Notes: generated by a model from the sequence alone, not told the origin. DNA of 64,000 nt from Nitrospirota bacterium (GCA_963840455.1 CAWIYV010000010.1:192001-256000); one strand, 5' to 3'. Counted from the stretch's first letter, positions 27,923-37,610 are shown. Translations and numbers: made by a program.

Positions 27923-29264
27923 CACGATCCTGCTGGTGGATGATGAACAGAACATCCTGCGCGTGGTCTCCACGACGCTCACGGCGGAACGATATGAGGT
28001 CGTCACTGCACAGTCGGCCGAGGAGGCCATGGAGCGATTCGGTCAGAACGGCTTCGACCTGGTGATCACGGACCTGAAACTCCCGGGGCAGAGCGGCCTC
28101 GACCTCCTGGCATTCATCAAGTCCCGGAAGCCCGATGTGCCGGTCATCGTGATCACGGCCTTTGGTACGATCGGGAACGCCGTGGATGCGATGAAGAAAG
28201 GGGCGTTCAACTACCTTACGAAGCCGGTCAATCCCGACGAGCTGCTGACCGTGATCCGCGAGGCGATGGAGAAGTACGAACTGAAGCGCGAGAACCGGCT
28301 GCTCAAGACCGAGCTCCGGCAGACCTATGCCTTCGGCAATATCATCGGAAAGAACATCGCCATGCAGGAGATCTTCGACACCGTTCGCATGGTCTCGAAG
28401 ACCCAGTCCAGCATCCTGATCATCGGCGAGAGCGGAACGGGCAAGGAACTCGTCGCACGGGCCCTCCATTACGAGTCCGACCGGTCGGAGCAGCCCTTCG
28501 TCACCATCGACTGCGCGGCCATCCCCCCGGAAATCATGGAAAGCGAGCTCTTCGGGCACGAGAAGGGTGCGTTCACCGGCGCTCACGAGCGCAAGACCGG
28601 CCTCCTGGAGCACGCCAACGGCGGCACGGTGTTCCTCGACGAGATCGGCGAGCTGGATCTGCAGCTCCAGAAAAAGCTGCTCCGATTCCTCCAAGAGCGG
28701 GAGATTCTTCGCGTGGGCGGCACCGCGCGGATCAAGCTGAACGTTCGTATCGTGGCGGCCACGAACAAGGACCCGGAGCGGGAAGTGCAGGAGAAGCGCT
28801 TCCGGGAGGACCTGTACTACCGCCTGAATGTGGTCATGATCCGGATGCCGTCGCTCCGGGAGCGAAAGGACGATATCCCGCTCCTGGTCCATCATTTCCT
28901 CGAGAGGCTGAACCGGATCGAGGGTAAGCTTGTGAAGGGCTTCGAGGACAATGCCCTGGAGGCGATGCTCGCTTATGACTGGCCGGGGAACGTGCGCGAA
29001 CTGGAGAACGCCGTCGAGCGGGCGTACATCCTCTGCCCATCCATCACCATCGGCCTGAAGCACCTGCCCACGAAACTGGCCGCCCTGGGCCGGGGCGAAC
29101 GGGAGGCGGTCGACGAGATGAACCTCCTGGAGACCGAGAAGCGGCTGGTCGTCCGCGCCCTCACGAACACCTCTTGGAACCAGAGCAGGGCGGCCGAGGT
29201 TCTCGGCATTTCACGCAAGCAGCTGCGGACCAAGATGAAGAACTTCGGGCTCCTGCCGCAGTAA
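27912..29264 (+). CDS. sigma54-dependent NtrC/AtoC-family response regulator
   Basis: REC (LVDD, TDLKLP); GESGTGKE; GAFTGA; FLDEI; [10 protein letters not shown]; Fis-type HTH. Confidence 0.95.
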   Translation: MRNNTILLVDDEQNILRVVSTTLTAERYEVVTAQSAEEAMERFGQNGFDLVITDLKLPGQSGLDLLAFIKSRKPDVPVIVITAFGTIGNAVDAMKKGAFNYLTKPVNPDELLTVIREAMEKYELKRENRLLKTELRQTYAFGNIIGKNIAMQEIFDTVRMVSKTQSSILIIGESGTGKELVARALHYESDRSEQPFVTIDCAAIPPEIMESELFGHEKGAFTGAHERKTGLLEHANGGTVFLDEIGELDLQLQKKLLRFLQEREILRVGGTARIKLNVRIVAATNKDPEREVQEKRFREDLYYRLNVVMIRMPSLRERKDDIPLLVHHFLERLNRIEGKLVKGFEDNALEAMLAYDWPGNVRELENAVERAYILCPSITIGLKHLPTKLAALGRGEREAVDEMNLLETEKRLVVRALTNTSWNQSRAAEVLGISRKQLRTKMKNFGLLPQ

Positions 29265-29429
29265 GCATCTCCTTGACCGACCGCTGCCCGTTCCCTTGCA
29301 CTGCGTACGGCTGCCCTTCCCCTCGCGTCCATGCGATCCGCTTCGTTTCATCGAGGTCTTCCCCTCCTTGACAGTCTGCAGAAGGGCGGCTATCTTTTAA
29401 CCATCCTTTTCTGCGAGCGGAGGCCCGCC

Positions 29430-30134
29430 ACGAAACTGTCCATCGTCCTTTTCTTTCTCGTCCTGTTCGCCATGATTGTCGCGGCAGGGTGCGCCGGAAC
29501 GTGGATCACCCAGCCCATCGAATCGTTTAGGCCCCCTGAAATGGTCCCGCCCTCTTCGGTCTGTCAGCCCTGCCACCAGGATCAGTTCGACTCATGGAAG
29601 AAGACGCGGCACGCCGACGGACAGAGGATGGCGAAGATCCCGGTGCCGGAACTGCATGAGTGCGGCGCCTGTCATGCCGATCTCAATGCCCACGCTGCGG
29701 ATCCGCAGGGGAAACGCCCCCCCCGTGTGGCAACGATGACCAAAACCGAGAAAAACACGCTCTGCGGGAAGTGCCATTACAGTCAGACCCTCTTCGGCGG
29801 CAGTGCCATCAATCCTCACGGCAAGCACTCGCTCTTCGCGAACGTCGCGCTCGAAGGCCAGCCGAAGCAGATCGCCTGCCTCGACTGCCACTCCGGCCAC
29901 AAGGGCGGGTCGGACATGCTGGTTCGTATCAAGGCGCACATCTGCTATGAATGCCACACCTCTGCCATGGTCACGATGGGCATCCTGTTCCAGATCCCCA
30001 ACTGGCTCACCAACGGCTACATGTGCCAGGCCTGCCACACGGTCCATGGCGGTTCCGACAGCGAACGGTGGGGCCGCATGGGCGTGGGCTTCTGCGTTAT
30101 CTGCCACTTCGTCGGCGTGGCTCTTGTCGATTGA
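29430..30134 (+). CDS. Seven-heme cytochrome c lipoprotein (apparent ACG start)
   Basis: 7 CxxCH (CQPCH, CGACH, CGKCH, CLDCH, CYECH, CQACH, CVICH); lipobox AAGC; GGAGG 6 nt before ACG. Confidence 0.82.
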   Translation, partial: TKLSIVLFFLVLFAMIVAAGCAGTWITQPIESFRPPEMVPPSSVCQPCHQDQFDSWKKTRHADGQRMAKIPVPELHECGACHADLNAHAADPQGKRPPRVATMTKTEKNTLCGKCHYSQTLFGGSAINPHGKHSLFANVALEGQPKQIACLDCHSGHKGGSDMLVRIKAHICYECHTSAMVTMGILFQIPNWLTNGYMCQACHTVHGGSDSERWGRMGVGFCVICHFVGVALVD

Positions 30135-30162
30135 GCCGGGGAAAGAGCATGTGGACAGGTCA

Positions 30163-30297
30163 ATACGGATCAACATCCTGATACGAATGGATACGGTCCA
30201 AAGGAAGGCATTGAGGCTTCCTGCGGCTAACGGCGGGGTAACCTCCCGGCCAAGAAGAGATCCGCATAATCAGCTCTTATCCGATCTGATCAGTGTC
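30163..30297. repeat. Inverted 9-10-mer short tandem repeat arms
   Basis: Left atacggat/atacgaat/atacggtc; right atccgcata/atcagctctt/atccgatct/atcagtgtc. Confidence 0.45.
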
Positions 30298-30493
30298 AAA
30301 TGCAGTCTTTCGGTCGAACGTTCCCGGGGCGGCCGAGACGGCTCCTTCCTCTTCTGCCGCTCGATGCATCGGCAAGATTCATCCTTGAGTTACACCAGCT
30401 TCTGTTATACAATGACCTCGCAAGCCCGATGACCACTCCCCAGGGCTCATTCGCCCGGGGTCGATCAACAATTTCCGTGTGTGAGGTAATGCC

Positions 30494-31999
30494 ATGGCAT
30501 CAGAGATCATTGTGAACGCAGGCAGGGAGGAGACCCGGGTCGCCCTGCTGGAGAACAGCCTCGTAACCGACATCTTCATCGACCGGAGGAAGGATCGCGG
30601 CGTTGCGGGGAACATCTACAAGGGCCGCGTCATGAAGGTCCTTCCCGGGATGCAGGCTTCCTTCGTGGACATCGGTCTGGAAAAATCGGCGTTCCTCTAC
30701 GTGGGCGACGTATTCGACAGCGCCTCGGAGTATGCGCCCATGATGGAGGACGAAGGCCTGGAGCTGGAAGTGGAGACCAAGCGAAAACGCTCCCACGCCA
30801 CACAGATCGAGGACCTTCTGCAGGAGGGCCAGGACGTCGTTGTCCAGGTCTCGAAGGAGCCCATCAGCACAAAAGGCGCGCGGGTCACCACCTACATCAG
30901 CATCCCGGGCCGGTATCTCGTCGTGATGCCCGGCGTGAACCACATTGGCGTGTCCCGCCGCATCGAGAACGGCGAGGAGCGGAAGCGGCTCCGCGAGATC
31001 GTCCAGTCCCTCCGCAAGCCGAACATGGGCTACATCATCAGGACGGCGAGCGAGGGAAAGAGCGAGGACGATATCAGGTCGGACATCGAGTTCCTGGGCA
31101 GGCTGTGGGACGGCATCCAGCGGAAGCGGGAGAAGGCCGCGGCGCCGGTCCTGCTGCACAACGAGCTGGACCTGGTGTTCCGTGTCATCCGCGATACCTT
31201 CACCTCTGACGTGGACCGCATGGTGATCGACTCCGCGGACGAGTACCAGCGCGCCCGGGAGTATGTGGAGTCCTATACCTCGTCCCTTGCCCGGCGCGTC
31301 AAGCACTACGACGGCGACGACCCCATCTTTGAGCACTACGGCGTCGAGATCGAGATCTCGCGCGCCCTGGGCCGGAAGGTCTGGCTCAAGTCGGGCGGCT
31401 ATATCATCATCGACCAGACCGAGGCCCTCACCACCATCGATGTGAACACCGGCCGGTACGTGGGCAAGCGGTCGCTCGAGGACACGATCCTGAAGACGAA
31501 CCTGGAGGCCGTACGCGAGATCGGCTACCAGCTCCGGCTCAGGAACATCGGCGGCATCATCATCCTGGACTTCATCGACATGGAACGGGAGGACAACCGG
31601 AGGAAGGTTTACAACGCCCTGCAGGAGGCCCTGTCGCATGACCGGGCCAAGACCACGATTTCGCATATCTCGCCCCTGGGCCTCATCGAGATGACTCGGA
31701 AACGCATCCGCGAGAGCCTGGGCCGCACCCTCTGCGACACCTGTCCCTACTGTGACGGCCGCGGCCATATCAAGTCGAGCCGCACGGTCTGCTACGAGGT
31801 GTTCCGGGCGCTCCAGAAGTCCTTCACCGGGTCCGAGGAGAAGAAGGCGCTGGTCTCCGTGAATCCGGCGGTGGCGGACATGCTCTATGACGACGAGCGT
31901 CAGGGCGTGGAAGAATTAGAGAAGGAGTTCGGCAAGAAGATCGTGATCAAGGCCGACCCGAACATGCATCAGGAGCAGTTCGAGGTGGTCATGGTATAG
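30494..31999 (+). CDS. rng: Ribonuclease G (Rne/Rng family)
   Basis: GNIYKGRV..VLPGMQA.FVDIG, KGARVT, IDVNTG, LRNIGGIIILDFIDM, CPYC. Confidence 0.93.
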   Translation: MASEIIVNAGREETRVALLENSLVTDIFIDRRKDRGVAGNIYKGRVMKVLPGMQASFVDIGLEKSAFLYVGDVFDSASEYAPMMEDEGLELEVETKRKRSHATQIEDLLQEGQDVVVQVSKEPISTKGARVTTYISIPGRYLVVMPGVNHIGVSRRIENGEERKRLREIVQSLRKPNMGYIIRTASEGKSEDDIRSDIEFLGRLWDGIQRKREKAAAPVLLHNELDLVFRVIRDTFTSDVDRMVIDSADEYQRAREYVESYTSSLARRVKHYDGDDPIFEHYGVEIEISRALGRKVWLKSGGYIIIDQTEALTTIDVNTGRYVGKRSLEDTILKTNLEAVREIGYQLRLRNIGGIIILDFIDMEREDNRRKVYNALQEALSHDRAKTTISHISPLGLIEMTRKRIRESLGRTLCDTCPYCDGRGHIKSSRTVCYEVFRALQKSFTGSEEKKALVSVNPAVADMLYDDERQGVEELEKEFGKKIVIKADPNMHQEQFEVVMV

Positions 32000-32002
32000 A
32001 AT

Positions 32003-33088
32003 TTATACGCGGGCGGCGATGGGGCGGGAACAGCCGATCATGCGAATATCCTTGTGCTTCTTCGCTTCGAGGAGCGCCATGTCCGCGGCGAGCACCAGGT
32101 CGTGGGACGCGGTCCCGTCCTGGGGATACGATGCGATCCCGACAGTGACCCCGATGGCGGACCGGTCCGAGGGGAGGGACCGCAGCGCCTCTCCCATGGC
32201 GTTCTTGACACGCTTGGCGAACACCTGGTAGGCCTTTTCGAGCCGCGTCTCGGGAAGGATAATAACCATCTCGTCCCCCCCGTAGCGGGCGGCGAGGTCT
32301 GAGCTCCGGAGAGATGTCCGGAGGGCCGCGCCCAGCGCGGCAAGCGCCTCATCCCCCGCCTGATGACCGTACCGGTCATTGTAGAGCTTGAAATCGTTCA
32401 CGTCGACAAGCGCCAGCGAGAACTCCCTCCCGTGCCGCTCGGCCCGCTGGAGCTCCCGATTCAGCAACTCCTCGAAATAGCGCCGGTTGAAGAGACCCGT
32501 GAGCCCGTCAGTGACGGCCCGGTGAGCCACTTCACGGTGCAGCCAGGCGTGGCTGATGGCGATCGCGGCAAAGGATGCAAGGATCTCGAGAGCCTCCAGG
32601 TCCTTGGCAGCCAGCATGCGCACCGTTCCGTCGTCGACGAAGAGGATGCCCAAGGTCTCTTTCTGGTGGACAAGCGGCACGCAGACAAGGGCCTTGACCC
32701 GTGGTTCCACGTTGTCGGGATCAGTGAAGAACGCCCGGTGGGGGGTGTCGGTGATGACCGTCAGACCCTGGCTCCGGAGCAGGCGGTCCATCAGGCTGTC
32801 CGGCCGGACGAGCCATTCACGGTTGGAAATGAACGAGGGAGGAAGCCCCTTGTGGGCGTGGATGCGAAGGGTGTTCGTGATTGGGTGGTACAGGGCGATG
32901 CTGCCGGCGGTGGTACCGCTCACTTCCATCGCTTTTCGCAGAATGACGGACAGTGATCGATCGAGATCAAGATGGGACACGACGGCCCGTGCGGTTCCGA
33001 GGATGTCCTGCAGGTCACTATGGCTCTTCAAGACTCCCACGGCTGCTCGTTGTCCCTCCTTCGGCGTATGACGCAACCACGCTCCCAT
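32003..33088 (-). CDS. GAF-GGDEF diguanylate cyclase
   Basis: DGLTGLFNRR, DVNDFKLYNDRYGHQAGD, RSSD I-site, YGGDEM. Confidence 0.88.
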   Translation of the reverse strand: MGAWLRHTPKEGQRAAVGVLKSHSDLQDILGTARAVVSHLDLDRSLSVILRKAMEVSGTTAGSIALYHPITNTLRIHAHKGLPPSFISNREWLVRPDSLMDRLLRSQGLTVITDTPHRAFFTDPDNVEPRVKALVCVPLVHQKETLGILFVDDGTVRMLAAKDLEALEILASFAAIAISHAWLHREVAHRAVTDGLTGLFNRRYFEELLNRELQRAERHGREFSLALVDVNDFKLYNDRYGHQAGDEALAALGAALRTSLRSSDLAARYGGDEMVIILPETRLEKAYQVFAKRVKNAMGEALRSLPSDRSAIGVTVGIASYPQDGTASHDLVLAADMALLEAKKHKDIRMIGCSRPIAARV

Positions 33089-33103
33089 GAATGAAAAACC
33101 TTA

Positions 33104-33946
33104 TCACACCACCAGCAGATTGTCAATGAGCCGTGTAGCGCCGATGCGCACGGCGACAAGCAGTACTATTCTGTCCTTGATGGTTGCAAGCGGTGAAAGG
33201 TCGTCCGGATCAGCGACCTCGACATAATCAATCTCAACACCTTTCTCCTGTGCAATGATCGCGCGCATCTTCTGCTTCACCTTTTCCGGCTCCCGCACAC
33301 CCGACCGGACGAGCTCTTGTGCAGCCAAGAGCGCCCGGTACAGACAAGCTGCCTTTTTGCGATGCTCCGCGTCGAGATAGGAGTTCCGCGAGCTCATGGC
33401 AAGCCCGTCGGACTCGCGCATTGTCGGCAGGACCGCGATCTCAACATCGAGGTCAAGACCCTTCTTCATCCGCTTGATCACCGCGCACTGCTGATAGTCC
33501 TTCTGACCAAAGTACGACCGGTGGGGTTGAACGATATGGAACAATTTTGCCACCACCGTGGCAACGCCCCGGAAGTGACCGGGCCGGATGGCTCCCTCGA
33601 GGATGTCGGAGAGCCCTTCGACGGTGATGAAGACCATAGGCTTGTCCGGATACATCTCCGCAACCGTTGGCATGAAGATGACATCCACGCCGACGGACTC
33701 GCATTTCTTGCGGTCGCCCTCCACGTCGCGGGGATAGCGGGCCAGGTCCTCCTTCGGCCCGAACTGCACGGGGTTCACGAAGATGCTCGCGACAACAATG
33801 TCATTCTCCTGCCGGGCCGTCCGCATGAGCGACAGGTGCCCTTCGTGCAGGAACCCCATCGTCGGCACGAAGCCGATGCGCTTGCCCTCCTTGCGGAAGG
33901 ACTCGGCAAGGGCTTGCATGCCGGCAATAGTGGTTATGATCTGCAT
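33104..33946 (-). CDS. panC: Pantoate-beta-alanine ligase
   Basis: PTMGFLHEGH, RPGHF.GV, FGQKDYQQ, GLAMSSRN. Confidence 0.96.
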   Translation of the reverse strand: MQIITTIAGMQALAESFRKEGKRIGFVPTMGFLHEGHLSLMRTARQENDIVVASIFVNPVQFGPKEDLARYPRDVEGDRKKCESVGVDVIFMPTVAEMYPDKPMVFITVEGLSDILEGAIRPGHFRGVATVVAKLFHIVQPHRSYFGQKDYQQCAVIKRMKKGLDLDVEIAVLPTMRESDGLAMSSRNSYLDAEHRKKAACLYRALLAAQELVRSGVREPEKVKQKMRAIIAQEKGVEIDYVEVADPDDLSPLATIKDRIVLLVAVRIGATRLIDNLLVV

Positions 33947-34197
33947 TGACGGGAACGGCCCCCGGGGATCACGAACCTCTCGGTTATGATCCGCTTGAAC
34001 CGGGGTGCATAGACAAGGTCGTAGACGTGCTCCTTGTCCGGGAACAGAGCAAGCGCCGCGTTCTTCGTGTTGCGCATGATCTCGAAGGCCTCCCGGAGCG
34101 TGAGGTTCGCCTGCATCAGGACCGCCTGGTTCAGATCGACAAGCAGCCTAAGCCGCCGCATGCGCTTCTCTTCTTCCGCCAGATCGTCCCGGTGCAT
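33934..34197 (-). CDS. Small hypothetical protein
   Basis: MHRDDLAEEEKRMRRL...LFPDKEHVYDLVYAPRF; promoter TTGAAA-17-TATCAT 9 nt before ATG. Confidence 0.7.
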   Translation of the reverse strand: MHRDDLAEEEKRMRRLRLLVDLNQAVLMQANLTLREAFEIMRNTKNAALALFPDKEHVYDLVYAPRFKRIITERFVIPGGRSRQCRS

Positions 34198-34274
34198 AGT
34201 GCGTACATGATACAACTTCGCACGGTTCTTTTCAATCAGTTCGCCGTTCTTGCGCGGGGACGCGGCGGAGGAGA

Positions 34275-34928
34275 TCACCGCACCGGAAGGACATAGAAGA
34301 AGATCGCGAAGTAGTGGAAGACGCTGCCTGCCAGGACGAAGAGGTGCCAGATGGGATGGGCATAAGGCAGCCGGTGCCAAGCGTAGAAGACCACACCGAC
34401 CGTATAGGAAAGTCCCCCGGCAACGAGCCAGACGAGCCCGCGGACGCTCACGGCATCCATGACCGGCTTGATGGCGATCACCACGATCCAGCCCATCAGC
34501 AGATACAGGATCGTCGAAATGAACCCCAGCCGGCCGAAGAAGAACACGTTGAGCAGGATGCCGGTGACCGCCAGCCCCCAGATCAGGCCGAACATGGTCC
34601 AGCCCCAGGGGCCCCGCAGGCTGACCAGGGTGAACGGCGTGTAGGTCCCGGCAATGAGGAGGTAGATCGCGGTGTGGTCGAAGAACTGCAGGAGACGCTT
34701 GGCGCGGGGAGACCGCGCGCCGTGATAGAACGCCGACGCGAGATAAAGCAGGACCAGCGTCGCACCGTAGATGATGAAACTCGCCGTCCGCCAGGCATCG
34801 CTATGTCGCCAGGCGCCGACCGCGAGGGCGCCGAGGCCGGCGATGCCGAAGACCGCTCCGATGCCGTGGGTGATGACATTGACCAGCTCTTCGCCTGAGG
34901 TTTGGCTACCGTTCGGCTTCCACTTCAT
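34275..34928 (-). CDS. Hemolysin III / PAQR family membrane protein
   Basis: EELVNVITHG, SAFYH, DHTAIYLLIAGTYTP, HPIWHLFV. Confidence 0.92.
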   Translation of the reverse strand: MKWKPNGSQTSGEELVNVITHGIGAVFGIAGLGALAVGAWRHSDAWRTASFIIYGATLVLLYLASAFYHGARSPRAKRLLQFFDHTAIYLLIAGTYTPFTLVSLRGPWGWTMFGLIWGLAVTGILLNVFFFGRLGFISTILYLLMGWIVVIAIKPVMDAVSVRGLVWLVAGGLSYTVGVVFYAWHRLPYAHPIWHLFVLAGSVFHYFAIFFYVLPVR

Positions 34929-34985
34929 AATGCTCCGATCAGGAAAAGGGCGGGGCCCCGCATCAACAGGACCGCCTTCGATGGT

Positions 34986-35495
34986 CTACTTGCCTCTGCT
35001 GCGTGTCCGCGGCCTGCCTTCCTTGCGCACATAGGTCCCGCTCTTGCCCCCGGTCTTTTTGAGCAGGCGGACATCATCAACGGTCATGGCCCGGTCAACC
35101 GATTTGCACATGTCGTAGATGGTAAGGCCGGCGACCGCGGCGGCAGTGAGCGCCTCCATCTCGACGCCCGTCCTGCCCGTAGTCCGGACCGTGGCGAGGA
35201 TGTCCACACACGAGGCTTTCCTGTCGGGTTCGAAGGCGATCTCAACAGCGGCGAGGTCCAGGGGATGGGACATGGGGATGAGGTCGGGCGTCCTCTTGGC
35301 GGCCATGATCCCGGCGACCCGGGCAACACCGAACACATCGCCCTTGGCGACCTTCCGGTCCACAATGAGCCTGAGCGTGGCATGTTCCATGGTCACCCGC
35401 GCTCCGGCAACGGCAACACGGACGGTTGCTTCCTTTCCGGAAACATCGACCATGCGGGCGGCGCCTGTTTCGTCGAAGTGGGTCAGTTTCTTCAT
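34986..35495 (-). CDS. moaC: Cyclic pyranopterin monophosphate synthase
   Basis: LTHFD..G.ARMVDV, GVEMEAL, YDMCK, KTGGKSG. Confidence 0.95.
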   Translation of the reverse strand: MKKLTHFDETGAARMVDVSGKEATVRVAVAGARVTMEHATLRLIVDRKVAKGDVFGVARVAGIMAAKRTPDLIPMSHPLDLAAVEIAFEPDRKASCVDILATVRTTGRTGVEMEALTAAAVAGLTIYDMCKSVDRAMTVDDVRLLKKTGGKSGTYVRKEGRPRTRSRGK

Positions 35496-35540
35496 CGGGA
35501 GGCTGCCTCAGATCGGCAGAAACGCTTGCTATCGATGTTC

Positions 35541-35570
35541 CTCCGCACTCCGAACCCCGATCTCCGCACT
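35541..35570. repeat. 7-mer tandem repeat (CTCCGCA-type)
   Basis: ctccgca-ctccgaa-ccccgat-ctccgca immediately after the moaA stop. Confidence 0.55.
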
Positions 35571-35574
35571 GCCG

Positions 35575-36564
35575 TCATCCTCCAATTCGCGACATCGTCC
35601 GTTCGAAGCATCCGCCCGGCAACTCAGCGATATAGTGCCGTTCGGGCTTGATCTCGAGGGCGAGCCGGAGCAGACGCTCAAGCTCGGCGTCGCTGCAGCC
35701 TCCCCGCATGGGCGACTTGACGTCGATCTCGGTGTCGGACAGAAGGCAGGGCCTGATCTTTCCGTCAGCCGTCAATCGGAGCCTGCGGCATGAGTCGCAG
35801 AAATGCTTGGAGATGGGGGTGATGAAGCCGATGACCCCTTGCCCTCCGGGAACCCGGAAGTTCTGCGACGGCCCGGCGCCCGCGCCGGACCCTGCGGGCT
35901 CCAGGGGCCCGAACACGTTCTCAATGGACCGACGGATCTCGCCGGCCGGCACACAGACGTCGGTGTTCCAGCGGTCACGAGCGCCGATGGGCATGAACTC
36001 GATGAACCGGACGTGGATCTTGCGTTCCAGGGTCAGGCGGGCGAATGCCACGACCTCGTCGTCGTTCACGCCCCTGACCGGTACCATATTGAGCTTGATG
36101 GGATCGAACCCGATCTCCTCGGCCGTTTCAATGCCTTGCCAGACCCTGCTCCAGAGATCGCTGCCCGTGATGGCGGAAAACCGCTTCGGGTCGAGCGTAT
36201 CGAGGCTGATGTTGAGGCGCGAGATCCCGGCGGCCCGGAGCCCGGCGGCCATCTCCTGGAGCAGGACGCCGTTGGTGGTCACACTGATGTCCTCGATGCC
36301 TGCGATGTCCCGGAGCGAGGCGATGAACGGCACGATCCCCCGCCGGACCAGCGGTTCACCGCCCGTGATGCGCACATGGGAGATCCCGAGCGGCGCAGCC
36401 ATTGCCACAAGGCGGCGGATCTCCTCGTACCGGAGGATGTCGGCGTGCGCCAAAGCCTTCATGCTCGTTCGCGGTCTGCAGTAAACGCAGGAGAGATTGC
36501 AGCGGTCGGTGACGGAGACCCGGAGATAGTCGATGCGCCGGTTGCGGGGATCGATGAGCGGCAT
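35575..36564 (-). CDS. moaA: GTP 3',8-cyclase
   Basis: YLRVSVTDRCNLSCVYC, GGEP, FCDSCRRLRLTADG...CL, C-terminal IGG. Confidence 0.95.
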   Translation of the reverse strand: MPLIDPRNRRIDYLRVSVTDRCNLSCVYCRPRTSMKALAHADILRYEEIRRLVAMAAPLGISHVRITGGEPLVRRGIVPFIASLRDIAGIEDISVTTNGVLLQEMAAGLRAAGISRLNISLDTLDPKRFSAITGSDLWSRVWQGIETAEEIGFDPIKLNMVPVRGVNDDEVVAFARLTLERKIHVRFIEFMPIGARDRWNTDVCVPAGEIRRSIENVFGPLEPAGSGAGAGPSQNFRVPGGQGVIGFITPISKHFCDSCRRLRLTADGKIRPCLLSDTEIDVKSPMRGGCSDAELERLLRLALEIKPERHYIAELPGGCFERTMSRIGG

Positions 36565-36715
36565 GAAAAACTCTACCACAGGCCCCCTTGAACTGCAAGG
36601 CGAAATTATCGCCTTGACCTGTCTTCCGATTGTGAGTATACTTTTTTTCGTGCAGGTTCCCGGCTGTTCTGCAGCGGCAGGATGCCCAGGCAACCGGCAC
36701 GGGAACGATATTCGT

Positions 36716-37267
36716 ATGACGAAGCCCGTCAAAAGAGAGTATTTCACCCAGGGCAAGGGGTTCCTGAGCTCGACCGGGCCTCAGGCGCGGTTCATCCTTT
36801 TTCTCATCTTCCTTCTCATCGCCTATACCTTTCTCATCATGATCTTTCGGAAGTTCGCCAAGATCGTGGATCTGCCGGTCTTCATTCCCATCGCCCTGAC
36901 CTCCCTCGTGGCCTTCATCGGCATCGCCGGTACGCTCTATTCCCACCGCTTCGTAGGCCCGGTGGTGCGCATCAGGAAAGCCCTCGAACAAGTGGCGCAG
37001 GGCGACTGCTCGGTGACGCTCCGGCTTCGGGACTCCGATGATCCCATGCTCAAGGACCTGGTCCGGACGATCGGCGGCCTGTGCGAGCATACCAGGCATT
37101 CCCACCGTTCCGTCCACGAAGCTGCGCAAGGCCTGTTCACTGACCTCGCTGCCCTCCAGGAAAGCATCGCGAAGGGCGCGCAGGGGGTCATTCTGGAAAA
37201 ACAGCTGGCAGCAGTCCGTCAGAGACAGGCGACGCTGGAAAAGGCCGTTCAATCGCTCGGAACATAA
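36716..37267 (+). CDS. Two-TM HAMP/coiled-coil hypothetical protein
   Basis: SHRFVGPVVRI...QGD...LR..D HAMP-like motif; promoter TTGACC-17-TATACT at 36614-36642. Confidence 0.72.
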   Translation: MTKPVKREYFTQGKGFLSSTGPQARFILFLIFLLIAYTFLIMIFRKFAKIVDLPVFIPIALTSLVAFIGIAGTLYSHRFVGPVVRIRKALEQVAQGDCSVTLRLRDSDDPMLKDLVRTIGGLCEHTRHSHRSVHEAAQGLFTDLAALQESIAKGAQGVILEKQLAAVRQRQATLEKAVQSLGT

Positions 37268-37282
37268 CGCAAAGGGGAAGCC

Positions 37283-37573
37283 ATGGCGTCTGGAGGCGGA
37301 GGCGGTGTAGGCGGAAAAAGCATGAAGGCCGTCGCCAATGATGTGAGCGAGGGCTATATGACGATCAATCCCCTGGTCCTGAAAAAGTTCGACAAGGACA
37401 TGATCAAAGACCTCTTCGAACATCTCAGCAAGGCCATGGCTGCGGCCAGGAACCTCGCCGCGCCGTTCAACGACATGCCAGCCCTGCGTCAGAAGAACAT
37501 GAAGCTCCAGCGTCTTCACAACGCCATCATCATCCTCCGAAACTTCGCCCGCGAGAGGCGCATCCCCATCTAA
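37283..37573 (+). CDS. Small hypothetical protein
   Basis: 96 aa, MASGGGG..SMKAVANDVSEGY; co-oriented with the upstream gene. Confidence 0.7.
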   Translation: MASGGGGGVGGKSMKAVANDVSEGYMTINPLVLKKFDKDMIKDLFEHLSKAMAAARNLAAPFNDMPALRQKNMKLQRLHNAIIILRNFARERRIPI

Positions 37574-37575
37574 TC

Positions 37576-37610
37576 AAAACGGGGAACGACCTTAAAAAGG
37601 TCGTTCCCCG
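37576..37610. terminator. Terminator between convergent genes
   Basis: 13 bp stem CGGGGAACGACCT/AGGTCGTTCCCCG. Confidence 0.75.

Noticed and set aside
32003-33088. Hypr-type GGDEF making 3',3'-cGAMP for the riboswitch
   Set aside because: The specificity residue is the canonical Asp (GHQAGD), not Ser/Thr
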